Source: Blastocatellia bacterium
Lineage (GTDB): Bacteria > Acidobacteriota > Blastocatellia > UBA7656
NCBI GenBank assembly: GCA_035293105.1
Contig: DATDOV010000007.1
Location: 5,121-69,120 of the forward strand
Direction of reading: 5' to 3'
Length of the DNA stretch: 64,000 nucleotides
Of the stretch, positions 48,173-57,280 are shown piece by piece (the first letter of the stretch is position 1; each line of letters starts with the position of its first letter). The notes beneath the pieces are model-generated. The model saw only the letters and a program-made list of their open reading frames with translations. It did not search any database and was not told the DNA's origin. The position numbers were made by a program, and so were the translations under genes.

Positions 48173-48772
48173 ATGACGAAACCATCGCCAGGAGAAATAA
48201 CTCAGCTGCTCATCGACTGGAGCCGGGGAGACCAAACGGCGCTGGACCAGTTGATGCCTTTGGTGTATGACGAGCTGCGCCGGCTGGCTCATCGGTACAT
48301 GCGCCGCGAGCGACCGGGCCACACGCTGCAAACGACGGCGCTGGTCAACGAGGTCTATATCCGGCTCATCGATCAGACGAAAGCGAATTGGCAGAATCGG
48401 GTCCAGTTCCTGGCCGTCTGCGCCATGTTGATGCGTCGCATCCTGGTCACGTACGCCCAGCGCCGGCGCTCTGCCAAGCGCGAGGGCCAGACGCTCCTGG
48501 TGTCGCTGGACGAAGCGGCGGTGGTATCCAAGGCGCGAGCGGCGGAAGTGATCGCCTTGGATGAGGCGCTGATGAGCCTGGAAGCCATCGACCCAAGAAA
48601 AAGCCGGATCGTGGAGCTGCGGTTCTTCGGCGGACTCACCATCGAAGAGACGGCGGAGGCCCTGCACGTGTCACATGCCACAGTCGAGCGCGAGTGGAAC
48701 ACGGCGCGGGCCTGGCTCTACTGCGAGATGACGCAGGGAGGGATGAGCGAGGGACTCCCCCGCGGGGTATAG
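48173..48772 (+). CDS. ECF sigma factor, kinase-associated type (ECF43 / TIGR02999-like)
   Basis: 'LMPLVYDELRRLA...HTLQTTALVNEVYIRL', 'SRIVELRFFGGLTIEETAEAL', 'REWNTARAWL'. Confidence 0.92.
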   Translation: MTKPSPGEITQLLIDWSRGDQTALDQLMPLVYDELRRLAHRYMRRERPGHTLQTTALVNEVYIRLIDQTKANWQNRVQFLAVCAMLMRRILVTYAQRRRSAKREGQTLLVSLDEAAVVSKARAAEVIALDEALMSLEAIDPRKSRIVELRFFGGLTIEETAEALHVSHATVEREWNTARAWLYCEMTQGGMSEGLPRGV

Positions 48773-49127
48773 CCGGTGCAGAACCGATCCCCAACCAGTT
48801 CAGCCTCTCTATTCGAATAGCGTGCGCAGTGTGGGATATCGCTTTGACGGCTAAAGCGCAAGCAACACTCAAAAGACGTCAAGCTGAAGCTTGTACTGTG
48901 TACTCCTGGCGACTGCCGCAAGGATGACGCAAACTTCACACGATCCTGATGGTTCTCTTATTTGCGCCAAACATGTAAGAACAATACGTTAAGCGAGACC
49001 GTTGAGGTCTACAAGCAGAACGCAATCTGGCTTCGCTCAAACAGCGGAGTGTGAGCTTCCCCGCCCGTGCCGCCCAGTTACTTCATTGTATACACATCTC
49101 GGCAGGAGAGCTCTGACGTCACGCCAC

Positions 49128-50534
49128 TCAATCCATCTGCCCTGACATCGCGTGTTCCGGCATCCTCCTCGTCCGCGTAAGCCCATAAGACTTCAACTGG
49201 CGATAGAGCGTGCTTGGCGATATGCCGAGAATCTCCGACGCTTTGCCCTGATGCCATCCCGTCTGTTCAAGCACGTTGATTATCTGTTTCTTCTTCAGCT
49301 CATCGAGGCTTCCCGGCTGATGGTCGTCGCCATTATTCGAAGCCGGACTCAGCCGCACATTGGTCCTCAACTCGATCGGCAGATCGTCCGGCGTGATCTC
49401 CTCGCTCGACGCCAGGATCACCGCGCGCTCGATCACGTTCCTAAGCTCGCGGACGTTGCCCGGCCACGAGTAGTTCATCAACACCTGCATTGCGTCCGGG
49501 TTCAACCACGCGCGGGTCCCGCCTTCGACTCGCGCCAGAAAATGGTCCGCCAGCGAAGGGATGTCCTCGGGACGTTCGCGCAGGGACGGCAGTTTTATCG
49601 TGAAGTTGTTGATGCGGAAGAGCAGGTCCGAACGGAACCGGCCCTCGGCCGCAAACTGATCGAGTTCGCGATTCGTCGCCGCGATGACTCGCACGTCAAC
49701 CTCGACCTTCTTCGTGCCCCCGACGCGGAAGAACGACCGGGTCTCGAGCACGCGCAGCAGCTTCGATTGCAGCGTCAGGCTCATCTCGCCGATCTCATCC
49801 ATGAACAACGTCCCGCCATTGGCCAGTTCCATCAATCCGAGCTTCCGCTTGCGAGCGCCGGTGAATGCCCCCTGTTCATACCCAAACAACTCGGACTCCA
49901 AAAGCGTGTCCTGAATCGCGGCGCAGCTTATGTCGATGAACGGCCCGGCGTGGCGGTTCGAGAACAAGTGGATCGTATTGGCGACCAGTTCCTTGCCGGT
50001 TCCCGATTCCCCGGCAATGAGAACGAGCGCCGATGACGGGGCGACCTTCCTGACCATCGACATGACCTCGACCATCTTCTGGCTGCGGACGATGATCTCG
50101 GGCGCCTTCTCCTTGTAGGTCAGCCGCGACTGGAGAATTAGGTTCTCGTTTCTCAACTGCCGCTTCTCATACGCCTTGGTGAGAATCGCCTCGAGCTCGC
50201 GAATGTGGCACGGTTTGGTGAGGTAATCGTAGGCGCCGAGCTTCATGGCTTGAAGCGCGGTCTCGACCGTGGCGTGCCCGGTCATCATCAGCACTTCAGG
50301 CGGTTGCTCGTGCTTGCGCAGTTCGCGCAGCGCTTCGATGCCCCCGACCACCGGCATCATTATGTCGAGCAGCGCGACGTCGAACTCGTTCTCTCGAGCA
50401 ACGCGCAATGCCGCCTCGCCGTCGTGGACGAGGGTTACCTGATGTCCGAGCCGCGAGAGTTCTTTTTGAAGGACGATACCGAGGTTCTTCTCGTCCTCAG
50501 CTATAAGCAGTTTCATGCTTGGGTTTGGATTCAC
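49128..50534 (-). CDS. Sigma54-dependent response regulator (NtrC/AtoC family)
   Basis: Receiver 'LLDIMMP', 'GESGTGKE', 'GAFTGA', 'FMDEIGE', 'WPGNVRELRNVIER', C-terminal HTH. GTG start overlaps the kinase stop (GTGA). Confidence 0.96.
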   Translation of the reverse strand: MNPNPSMKLLIAEDEKNLGIVLQKELSRLGHQVTLVHDGEAALRVARENEFDVALLDIMMPVVGGIEALRELRKHEQPPEVLMMTGHATVETALQAMKLGAYDYLTKPCHIRELEAILTKAYEKRQLRNENLILQSRLTYKEKAPEIIVRSQKMVEVMSMVRKVAPSSALVLIAGESGTGKELVANTIHLFSNRHAGPFIDISCAAIQDTLLESELFGYEQGAFTGARKRKLGLMELANGGTLFMDEIGEMSLTLQSKLLRVLETRSFFRVGGTKKVEVDVRVIAATNRELDQFAAEGRFRSDLLFRINNFTIKLPSLRERPEDIPSLADHFLARVEGGTRAWLNPDAMQVLMNYSWPGNVRELRNVIERAVILASSEEITPDDLPIELRTNVRLSPASNNGDDHQPGSLDELKKKQIINVLEQTGWHQGKASEILGISPSTLYRQLKSYGLTRTRRMPEHAMSGQMD

Positions 50535-53197
50535 AGTGCACTCTCCAATTCTTGTTCTCGTAGCGTGTGTTGTGCCTGCCGCTGCGCTACTTCTGGTGAA
50601 ACGGGAAGCAGTATTCTGAACGTGGCCCCTTTACCCTCAACCGTGTCCACTTCGATTCGTCCCCCGTGCTCCGATACGATTCCGTAACAGACCGACAGCC
50701 CGAGTCCGGTGCCGCTGCCAAGCGGTTTGGTTGTGAAGAATGGATCAAATATTTTCTGAAGGTGCCCGGCAGGTATCCCGCAGCCGGTGTCGGCTATCTC
50801 GGCGCATATCCGCGGTTCGTCGCCGCTATCGTGCCAGCGCGTTCGTACGGTGAGGGTCCCGATTCCATCCATCGCGTCGTACGCGTTCGAGATCAACGCG
50901 ATGAAGACTTGCTTCATCTGGCCTTCGTTGACGTACGCGGGGATGAGCGAATGGTCGAGCTCCATGACGATTCGGAGCTTGCCGAGCTTCGGATGATGTC
51001 TGACGAGCTGTAAGGTCTGTTCGATGAGCTGATTGATGTCGCTTGAGATCTTCTCCGCCTGCCGCTGGTGCGAAAAGTCGAGCAGGCTGTTGGTTATCGT
51101 CTTGCACCGGAACGCTTCGTCTTTGATTATTCGAAGGTATTCGCCGAAGTCATTGTCTATCGCGCCCTGCTGAGGATCCTCCACGCGAGTCGCGAGCGCC
51201 TCGGCACAAGCCGCGATCGTAGCCAGCGGGTTGTTAAGCTCGTGGACGACGCCGGCGGCGAGCCTGCCGATGGAAGCCAGCTTTTCCGCGTGGATGACGG
51301 CTTCGTTCATCTTCTTCTGCTCGGTGACGTCCTCGCCGACTGTTATGACGTGGCTCACCTCGGCGTTGTCGACTCGCATGGGAATCTTGCTGATGGTCCA
51401 GATCTTCTGCTGGCCGTCGACCCACGATTCCTGCTCCATCCGCACGATTTCTCCCGTGCGGAAGACTTCGACGAATTCCTCTTCGAGCATTCGCCGAGGC
51501 TGGCGCGCGAGCACGTTGAAGACGTTGCGGCCGAGCACCTCTTCACGCGTGAGCCCGCGCCCGCCGACCTCGCGGTTACGGTTCCAGGCGACGATGTGCA
51601 TGTCGCGATCCACGACGTAGAGCGAGACGGGAAGGGAATCGATTATCTTTTCGGTAAAGCGCTTCTGCTCTTCGATCTCCTTTGTGCGCTTTGAGACTTC
51701 GAGCGCCAGATTGATCGACGTGTCCTTCGTACGCTGGTACAACTCGGTGTTGCGTATCGCAAGGCTGAGCTGCTGGGCGACCGCGCCCAGGAGCCGCTGG
51801 TCATCGTCGCTGAAGCGCCGCGCCGCGTGCATACCGGTCAACAGGATTCCGAGAAGCGAATCGTCGAAGACGAGCGGGACGATTGTCTCGATCGATATCT
51901 TAGGGTCGCGCAGAAACCGTTCGGCGACGCGGGTCTCGATCGAAGGCCGAAGCGAGCCGTCGGCGGTGTCGAGATAGCGCTTCACCCGTTCGGGAATGAA
52001 CCACTCGTTTTCTCCCGCGTTCTGGTCGTGCGACTTCGAGTAAAACGCTGAGATCAAGTCTTCATTCTCACCCGACGACCTGACCACCACCGCGCACACG
52101 TCGCACTCGAGGCTCTTGCCGACGGTGAACACCGCGTAGCCCAACAACTCGTCCATCTCGAGCGAGGTCATCAGGTTGTTGCCCAGGTTGTAGACGAAGG
52201 AGAGCTGCGATGCGGACCGCCGGGTTTCTACGTAGAGCCGGGCATTATCCAGCGCGACGCTCAACTGATTGCAAATCGTTGACAGCAGTTCGGCGTAGGG
52301 CTTCGGGAACGGCACGCTTGTGTGCGACACCAGGCAGATTGCGCCCAGCGCCTGGCCCTTGACGCCCAGCGGCGCGCAGAGCAGCCCGCGAACTCCGGCG
52401 AGGGTGTCACACGCAAGACCCAATCGCGCCGAGTCGGGAAAGGGCTCAAGCACGAGCGGCTTGCCGTTCATCAACGGAACGATCCGCGAGTATAGATCGA
52501 GGACCCCGCACTTGTTGTCTTCGCTGAGGTCGAGACCCTCGGCGGCCACTATGCTGATGGCCTGGCTGCTGCTGTTCTTCAGGAAGACGACGCCGGCATC
52601 GGCGCGCATCTTCTTGATGAGGACCGATAGCGTGCCGCTCAGCAGCACTTCGGGCTCGAGCGAACTGGCCAGCACCGACGAGACCGCGTGCAAGACGTTC
52701 AACTGTTCGAATCGCTCAGTCCGCTCGCGTTCATAGTGCCACGTGCGCAGGTGAGCGCGGACACGCGAGAGCAGCTCGGCTCGCTGGTACGGTTTGGTTA
52801 TGAAATCGGTCGCGCCGGCGTTCAGGCAGGCGATGCGGTCCTGCGGCCGCTGGCTCTTGGAAATGATGAGCACCGGCAACTCGGTGGCTGCGTCCGCGGA
52901 TCGAATCTGGCTGCAAAACGCCAGCGCATCGCTCGCCCACTTCAACCTCTCCTGACTCTCAGCCGACTCCGTTTCGGCGGGTCCGATGATCGAGCCGCCG
53001 GTCAGGCGATAGGCGGACAACTCGATTATTACGAGCGAGGCGGCGTCGTTGCGAACTTGCTCGCGCGCCAGTTCGAGGCTGCCGATCAGTTCTGCGGCAT
53101 AGCCGGCTGCCGTAAGCAATCGTTCGGTCGCACGGGCGGATTTGACCTCGTCCCCTATAACGAGGACACGATCCGATAACCCGTTAGGGCTGGACAT
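50531..53197 (-). CDS. Sensor histidine kinase (atypical REC-GAF-GAF-PAS-HisKA-HATPase)
   Basis: H-box 'GVVHELNNPL', 'DTGCGI', 'FDPFFTTK', 'GTGLGLSV'. Two GAF-like segments ending 'VALDNARLY' and 'AIRNTELY'. Confidence 0.93.
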   Translation of the reverse strand: MSSPNGLSDRVLVIGDEVKSARATERLLTAAGYAAELIGSLELAREQVRNDAASLVIIELSAYRLTGGSIIGPAETESAESQERLKWASDALAFCSQIRSADAATELPVLIISKSQRPQDRIACLNAGATDFITKPYQRAELLSRVRAHLRTWHYERERTERFEQLNVLHAVSSVLASSLEPEVLLSGTLSVLIKKMRADAGVVFLKNSSSQAISIVAAEGLDLSEDNKCGVLDLYSRIVPLMNGKPLVLEPFPDSARLGLACDTLAGVRGLLCAPLGVKGQALGAICLVSHTSVPFPKPYAELLSTICNQLSVALDNARLYVETRRSASQLSFVYNLGNNLMTSLEMDELLGYAVFTVGKSLECDVCAVVVRSSGENEDLISAFYSKSHDQNAGENEWFIPERVKRYLDTADGSLRPSIETRVAERFLRDPKISIETIVPLVFDDSLLGILLTGMHAARRFSDDDQRLLGAVAQQLSLAIRNTELYQRTKDTSINLALEVSKRTKEIEEQKRFTEKIIDSLPVSLYVVDRDMHIVAWNRNREVGGRGLTREEVLGRNVFNVLARQPRRMLEEEFVEVFRTGEIVRMEQESWVDGQQKIWTISKIPMRVDNAEVSHVITVGEDVTEQKKMNEAVIHAEKLASIGRLAAGVVHELNNPLATIAACAEALATRVEDPQQGAIDNDFGEYLRIIKDEAFRCKTITNSLLDFSHQRQAEKISSDINQLIEQTLQLVRHHPKLGKLRIVMELDHSLIPAYVNEGQMKQVFIALISNAYDAMDGIGTLTVRTRWHDSGDEPRICAEIADTGCGIPAGHLQKIFDPFFTTKPLGSGTGLGLSVCYGIVSEHGGRIEVDTVEGKGATFRILLPVSPEVAQRQAQHTLREQELESAL

Positions 53198-53272
53198 AGG
53201 AATCCCTGCGATGGTTATGGAGGGCGTGAGGTGCAGTAGGGGCCAGTCCTGCTATTACAACAGGATGCCGCG

Positions 53273-53301
53273 AATTTAAGTCATTTTGACATAACTGTCA
53301 A
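53273..53301 (-). promoter_or_regulatory. Sigma70-type promoter for the kinase/regulator operon, with the -35 inside a palindrome
   Basis: Minus strand TTGACA (53301-53296), 17 bp, TAAATT (53278-53273). TTGACA-TAAC-TGTCAA palindrome at 53286-53301. Confidence 0.6.
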
Positions 53302-53619
53302 CAGTTATTGTCGGGTCGGTCGGTCGGACCGAAATCGGTCGAACGGACGGGCACCGACTACGGCCTGCCCGGGTGAGCGCGGCTGCGTCCCTTCGCATAC
53401 GCTGGAGCATCGGCACCACCCCTTGCGCGTGCGTATGCGCGAGAATGTGATGCCCGGTCGACGCGGAGCGTTGAGTCAGCCTCGTAAGGCTGAGACTCGG
53501 AAGACGCGAGTCTCCGATTTGATGTTGATTGAAGGCGGAATCTTCTTCTGATAAGTTTGAAGCTCGCGTGTGGGTTAGTCACTGTCATTCTCGCTCGCGA
53601 GTTGTGGAGGGAGATGGTC

Positions 53620-54801
53620 ATGTCAAAAGACGTTCTCATATTGGGTGGCGCGCGGACGCCGATGGGTGAATACGGCGGCGCGCTTCGCGAACTCAGCGCG
53701 ATTGAGCTCGGGGCAATCGCCGGGCGCGCGGCGCTCGAACGCAGCGGCGTCGCGCCTGAGATGATCGACCACACGGTCATCGGCAACGCAATGCAGACCT
53801 CGGGCGATGCGATCTATGGCGCGCGACACGTGGCCCTCAAAGCCGGCGTCCCCATCGATAAACCGGCCCTCACCGTTAACCGATTGTGCGGCTCCGGCAT
53901 CCAGTCGATCGTCAGCGGCGCGCAGATGATTAAGCTTGGGGAAGCGGGAGCCGTCCTCGCCGGCGGAATGGAATCGATGAGCCAGGCGCCTCACGTCATT
54001 CGCGGGGCCAGATGGGGCTTTCGATTGGGTGAGGGAAAGCTGGAAGACTCGCTGATGGTTGCGCTGCTCGACACTCACTGCGGATATTACATGGCGCAGA
54101 CTGCAGAGAACCTTGCCCGTGAGCGCGGCATCTCGCGCGAGGAGCAGGACGCGTTCGCTCTCACCAGTCAGAAGCGCGCGGCTGCTGCGCTCGAGGCAGG
54201 CCGATTCAAAGACGAGATAGTCCCGGTCGAGATCAAGGACCGGAAAGGAATCATCCTCTTCGATCGCGACGATCACATGCGGCCCGACACTACGATCGAG
54301 GGACTCGCGAAGCTGAAACCCGCGTTTTCAAAGGACGGCTTTGTGACGGCCGGGAACGCTTCGGGAATAGTTGATGGCGCGGCGGCGGTTGTGATCGCCG
54401 ACGAAACGACTGCTCGAAAGATGGAATCGAAGCCGCTTGGCCGTGTAGTCTCGTGGGGAATCGCCGGCGTACCGCCTGAGATCATGGGCATCGGCCCGGT
54501 TCCGGCTTCTCAAAAAGCGCTCGCCGCCGCCGGCCTCAAACTGGCCGACATCGACCTGATCGAAGTCAACGAAGCATTCGCGGGGCAGTACCTCGCCGTC
54601 GAGCGCGAGCTTGAACTCGACCGCGACCGGACTAACGTGAACGGCGGCGCGATCGCGTTTGGGCACCCGCTTGGCGCGTCCGGGACTCGCCTGGTGCTGA
54701 CGCTTGTGTTGGAGTTGCGCCGGCGTGGAAAGAAGCTCGGCCTGGCGACGGCTTGCATCGGCGGCGGCCAGGGTATTGCGATGATCGTCGAGGCGTTCTA
54801 G
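53620..54801 (+). CDS. Acetyl-CoA C-acetyltransferase (thiolase)
   Basis: 'NRLCGSG', 'NEAFA', 'GHPLGASG', 'CIGGGQG'. Confidence 0.96.
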   Translation: MSKDVLILGGARTPMGEYGGALRELSAIELGAIAGRAALERSGVAPEMIDHTVIGNAMQTSGDAIYGARHVALKAGVPIDKPALTVNRLCGSGIQSIVSGAQMIKLGEAGAVLAGGMESMSQAPHVIRGARWGFRLGEGKLEDSLMVALLDTHCGYYMAQTAENLARERGISREEQDAFALTSQKRAAAALEAGRFKDEIVPVEIKDRKGIILFDRDDHMRPDTTIEGLAKLKPAFSKDGFVTAGNASGIVDGAAAVVIADETTARKMESKPLGRVVSWGIAGVPPEIMGIGPVPASQKALAAAGLKLADIDLIEVNEAFAGQYLAVERELELDRDRTNVNGGAIAFGHPLGASGTRLVLTLVLELRRRGKKLGLATACIGGGQGIAMIVEAF

Positions 54802-54811
54802 TCGGTTCAAC

Positions 54812-56116
54812 TTGGAACAGGCGGCAATCCAACAAAAACTCCGCGTTTGCCCTTCGTGCGGCAAGCTGATCCCAACTGACACAACACAGTGTATCTACTG
54901 CGGGCTGCGTTTCGAGGAAGAGATTGCGGCGCAGCGCGAGGTGGCCGAGACTCGCCGGTTCGTAGGGGCGCTGTTCATGCGCGGCAGTCCGTTCACGTTC
55001 CTGTTCTTTGGGATCAACGCCGGGTTGTTCGTGCTGATGTGGCTTGCGGGCGGTATGGGCGCGATGCAGGCGGACGAATCGGTGTTGCTCGGCTTCGGCG
55101 CGAAGCAGAATGAACTGATAAGAGACCAGCACGAATACTGGCGGCTGGTTACGTGCATCTTCCTTCACATCGGCTTCCTGCACATCTTCTTCAACAACTA
55201 TGCGCTGTGGATCATCGGGCAGGAGATCGAGCGATTGTACGGCTCGGCTCGCTTCGTGGTGCTGTACCTGGCGACGGGGATCGCCGCCTCGATCGCGAGC
55301 TACCTTTTCAGCCCGACCCACCCCTCGGCGGGCGCGTCGGGCGCGTTGTTCGGATTGTTTGGCGTGCTTGGGGTGTTCGCGTTCAGGTACCGCAAGGAGA
55401 TTCCCGACTCGATAAGCCGCGCGATCAAGCGGCGAGTTCTGCCATTGATCGTTATCAACCTGATGCTCGGCTTTTCCACGTCGATTGTCGACAACTCGGC
55501 GCACGTGGGCGGACTTGTCGCAGGCGCGGTGCTGTGCCTGGTCGTGCCCTACAAGCGGCCACACGAAGAGTCGACACCGGTTGTATGGCGGACGTTGCAG
55601 GGAATCTCACTCAGCATCATCGCGCTCTCGTTTGTGATGGCGTTCCGGAGCTACGACGGTCCGCCGCTGCGACTGTCCAATCTCGCGGCGAGGGACTCCA
55701 ACCGCACTCCCCGCACGCCGGCGGGCAAGTACGTCACCGAGATGGCCACAGCGGACGACGCGATGACGTCGGCCCGGCGTACCTTCTACGCACTCGTTGC
55801 AATGCAGAATGTGGAGATGAGCGCGTCTCCTGCGCTCGCGGCGGTGCGGCAGGGTCTTCGAAGCATAGAACAGACGCCACGAATGGACGAACCGGCAGAG
55901 GCATTCCGCCGGCAGCTCTTCGACTTATTGGCCCGGCAGGAGGAGATCATCGAGCTACACGACGCTTCGCCCAGCAAAAACTGGAAGAAGGAGCTGGCCG
56001 ACCAGCGGGAACTTGCCTCTCGGCACTCGCAGTTCGAGGAGGAGTTCGTGCCGTGGTTGGAGGAATACGCAAAGAAGCACGGCGTTCCGATCACAGGTGC
56101 GCCGGACAATCAGTAA
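54812..56116 (+). CDS. Rhomboid intramembrane serine protease with an N-terminal zinc ribbon
   Basis: 'CPSCG...CIYCG', 'YWRLVTCIFLHIGFLHIFFN', catalytic 'GASGA' and 'AHVGG'. TTG start is uncertain. Confidence 0.88.
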   Translation: MEQAAIQQKLRVCPSCGKLIPTDTTQCIYCGLRFEEEIAAQREVAETRRFVGALFMRGSPFTFLFFGINAGLFVLMWLAGGMGAMQADESVLLGFGAKQNELIRDQHEYWRLVTCIFLHIGFLHIFFNNYALWIIGQEIERLYGSARFVVLYLATGIAASIASYLFSPTHPSAGASGALFGLFGVLGVFAFRYRKEIPDSISRAIKRRVLPLIVINLMLGFSTSIVDNSAHVGGLVAGAVLCLVVPYKRPHEESTPVVWRTLQGISLSIIALSFVMAFRSYDGPPLRLSNLAARDSNRTPRTPAGKYVTEMATADDAMTSARRTFYALVAMQNVEMSASPALAAVRQGLRSIEQTPRMDEPAEAFRRQLFDLLARQEEIIELHDASPSKNWKKELADQRELASRHSQFEEEFVPWLEEYAKKHGVPITGAPDNQ

Positions 56117-56181
56117 GATGCTCTGGTCGCGCCCTAGCGATTTGTTACGGATCAATTCTCAACTTTGGAGGTTCATCAGCA

Positions 56182-57072
56182 ATGGCAATAAATACAGTGG
56201 CCGTACTTGGATGTGGACTCATGGGCTCGGGCATCGCGCAGGTCCTGGCGCAGGCCGGGCGAGAAGTGATCGTCATCGAAGTTTCGGACGATCTCTTGAA
56301 GAAGGGTCTAGGTGGAATCGAACGCCAACTCGACAAACTCGTCGAAAAAGGCAAGCTGACTGCTGAAGGGCGCGAGCAGACGCGGGCTCGGCTGCGGGGA
56401 TCAACCCGGCTCGAAGACGCAGCCGGCGCGGATCTCGTGATCGAAGCGATAGTCGAGAACATCGACGAGAAGAACAAGACCTACTCGCGGCTCGATCAGA
56501 TTTGCCGGCCTGACACCATCTTCGCGTCGAACACTTCGAGCTTGTCAATCACGCAGATGATGACGGCAACCGGCGCGGAGCGGCAGCGGCGGTTCATAGG
56601 GATGCATTTCTTCAACCCGGTGCCGGTGATGAAGCTGGTCGAGATCGTGCGGACGATACTGACCGACCGCGCGGTGTTCGATGCGGCAACCAGCTTTGCA
56701 CGCGAGATTGGAAAAGTCCCGGTTCAAACTTCCGATCGGACCGGCTTCATCGTAAACCGCCTGCTCGTGCCGTACATGCTCGACGCCATTCGCGCTCTCG
56801 AGGAGGGCGTAGGCTCGATCGTTGATATCGATAACGCGATGAAGCTCGGCTGCGGGTATCCGATGGGTCCGTTCACGCTTGGGGACTTCGTCGGGTTGGA
56901 TACGACGTACTACATCGCCAACATCATGTTCGACGAGTTCAAGGAGCGGCGGTTCGCCGCGCCGCCGTTGTTGAAGCGAATGGTGATGGCCGGCTTGTAT
57001 GGCCGGAAGACGGGCCGGGGGTTCTACGACTACAGCGACCCCCAGAATCCGGCGCCGATGAACTTGCTGTGA
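56182..57072 (+). CDS. hbd: 3-hydroxybutyryl-CoA dehydrogenase
   Basis: 'GCGLMGSG', 'EAIVE', 'SNTSS', 'HFFNP', 'GFIVNR', 'PMGPF'. GGAGG RBS. Confidence 0.93.
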   Translation: MAINTVAVLGCGLMGSGIAQVLAQAGREVIVIEVSDDLLKKGLGGIERQLDKLVEKGKLTAEGREQTRARLRGSTRLEDAAGADLVIEAIVENIDEKNKTYSRLDQICRPDTIFASNTSSLSITQMMTATGAERQRRFIGMHFFNPVPVMKLVEIVRTILTDRAVFDAATSFAREIGKVPVQTSDRTGFIVNRLLVPYMLDAIRALEEGVGSIVDIDNAMKLGCGYPMGPFTLGDFVGLDTTYYIANIMFDEFKERRFAAPPLLKRMVMAGLYGRKTGRGFYDYSDPQNPAPMNLL

Positions 57073-57102
57073 CGTCGATGCCTCGGGCAATCGAAGGCGG
57101 TT

Positions 57103-57261
57103 TCAAAACAGCGAGTAGATGAACGGGGCGAGCGCCGACGTCTCCGCGAACACGACAATCACGCCAAGAAACGCAAGGGCGAGGAGTATCGGCCCCAGCC
57201 ACCACTTTTTGCGATGCCTGATGAAGAGCCAGAACTCCGCGAGGATTGAGATTTTCGACAT
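57103..57261 (-). CDS. DUF5989 / SxtK-like small membrane protein (52 aa)
   Basis: MSKISILAEFWLFIRHRKKWWLGPILL...SALAPFIYSLF. Not in the ORF track; lies just after the carbamoyltransferase. Confidence 0.85.
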   Translation of the reverse strand: MSKISILAEFWLFIRHRKKWWLGPILLALAFLGVIVVFAETSALAPFIYSLF

Positions 57262-57280
57262 CGTTATGCCTCGACAGCGG

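Larger units (their letters stand above)
32256..49126. mobile_element. Putative ~17-kb island A inserted at the 3' end of the sigma54 response regulator gene
   Basis: Bounded by direct repeats of the gene end. Cargo of regulators, secreted proteins and pseudogenes. No integrase recognised. Confidence 0.5.

Noticed and set aside
27352-49126. Integron or prophage
   Set aside because: No tyrosine/serine recombinase, phage structural gene or convincing attC (RYYYAAC...GTTRRRY) series was found by eye.
27182-49464. Diversity-generating retroelement (TR/VR) explanation for the repeated regulator end
   Set aside because: Mismatches include many C/G and C/T changes at synonymous sites rather than being confined to adenines, and no reverse transcriptase is present.
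55153-56181. 639-aa ORF as a long hbd fusion
   Set aside because: The upstream part is an alternative frame of the rhomboid gene; hbd has its own RBS and ATG at 56182.
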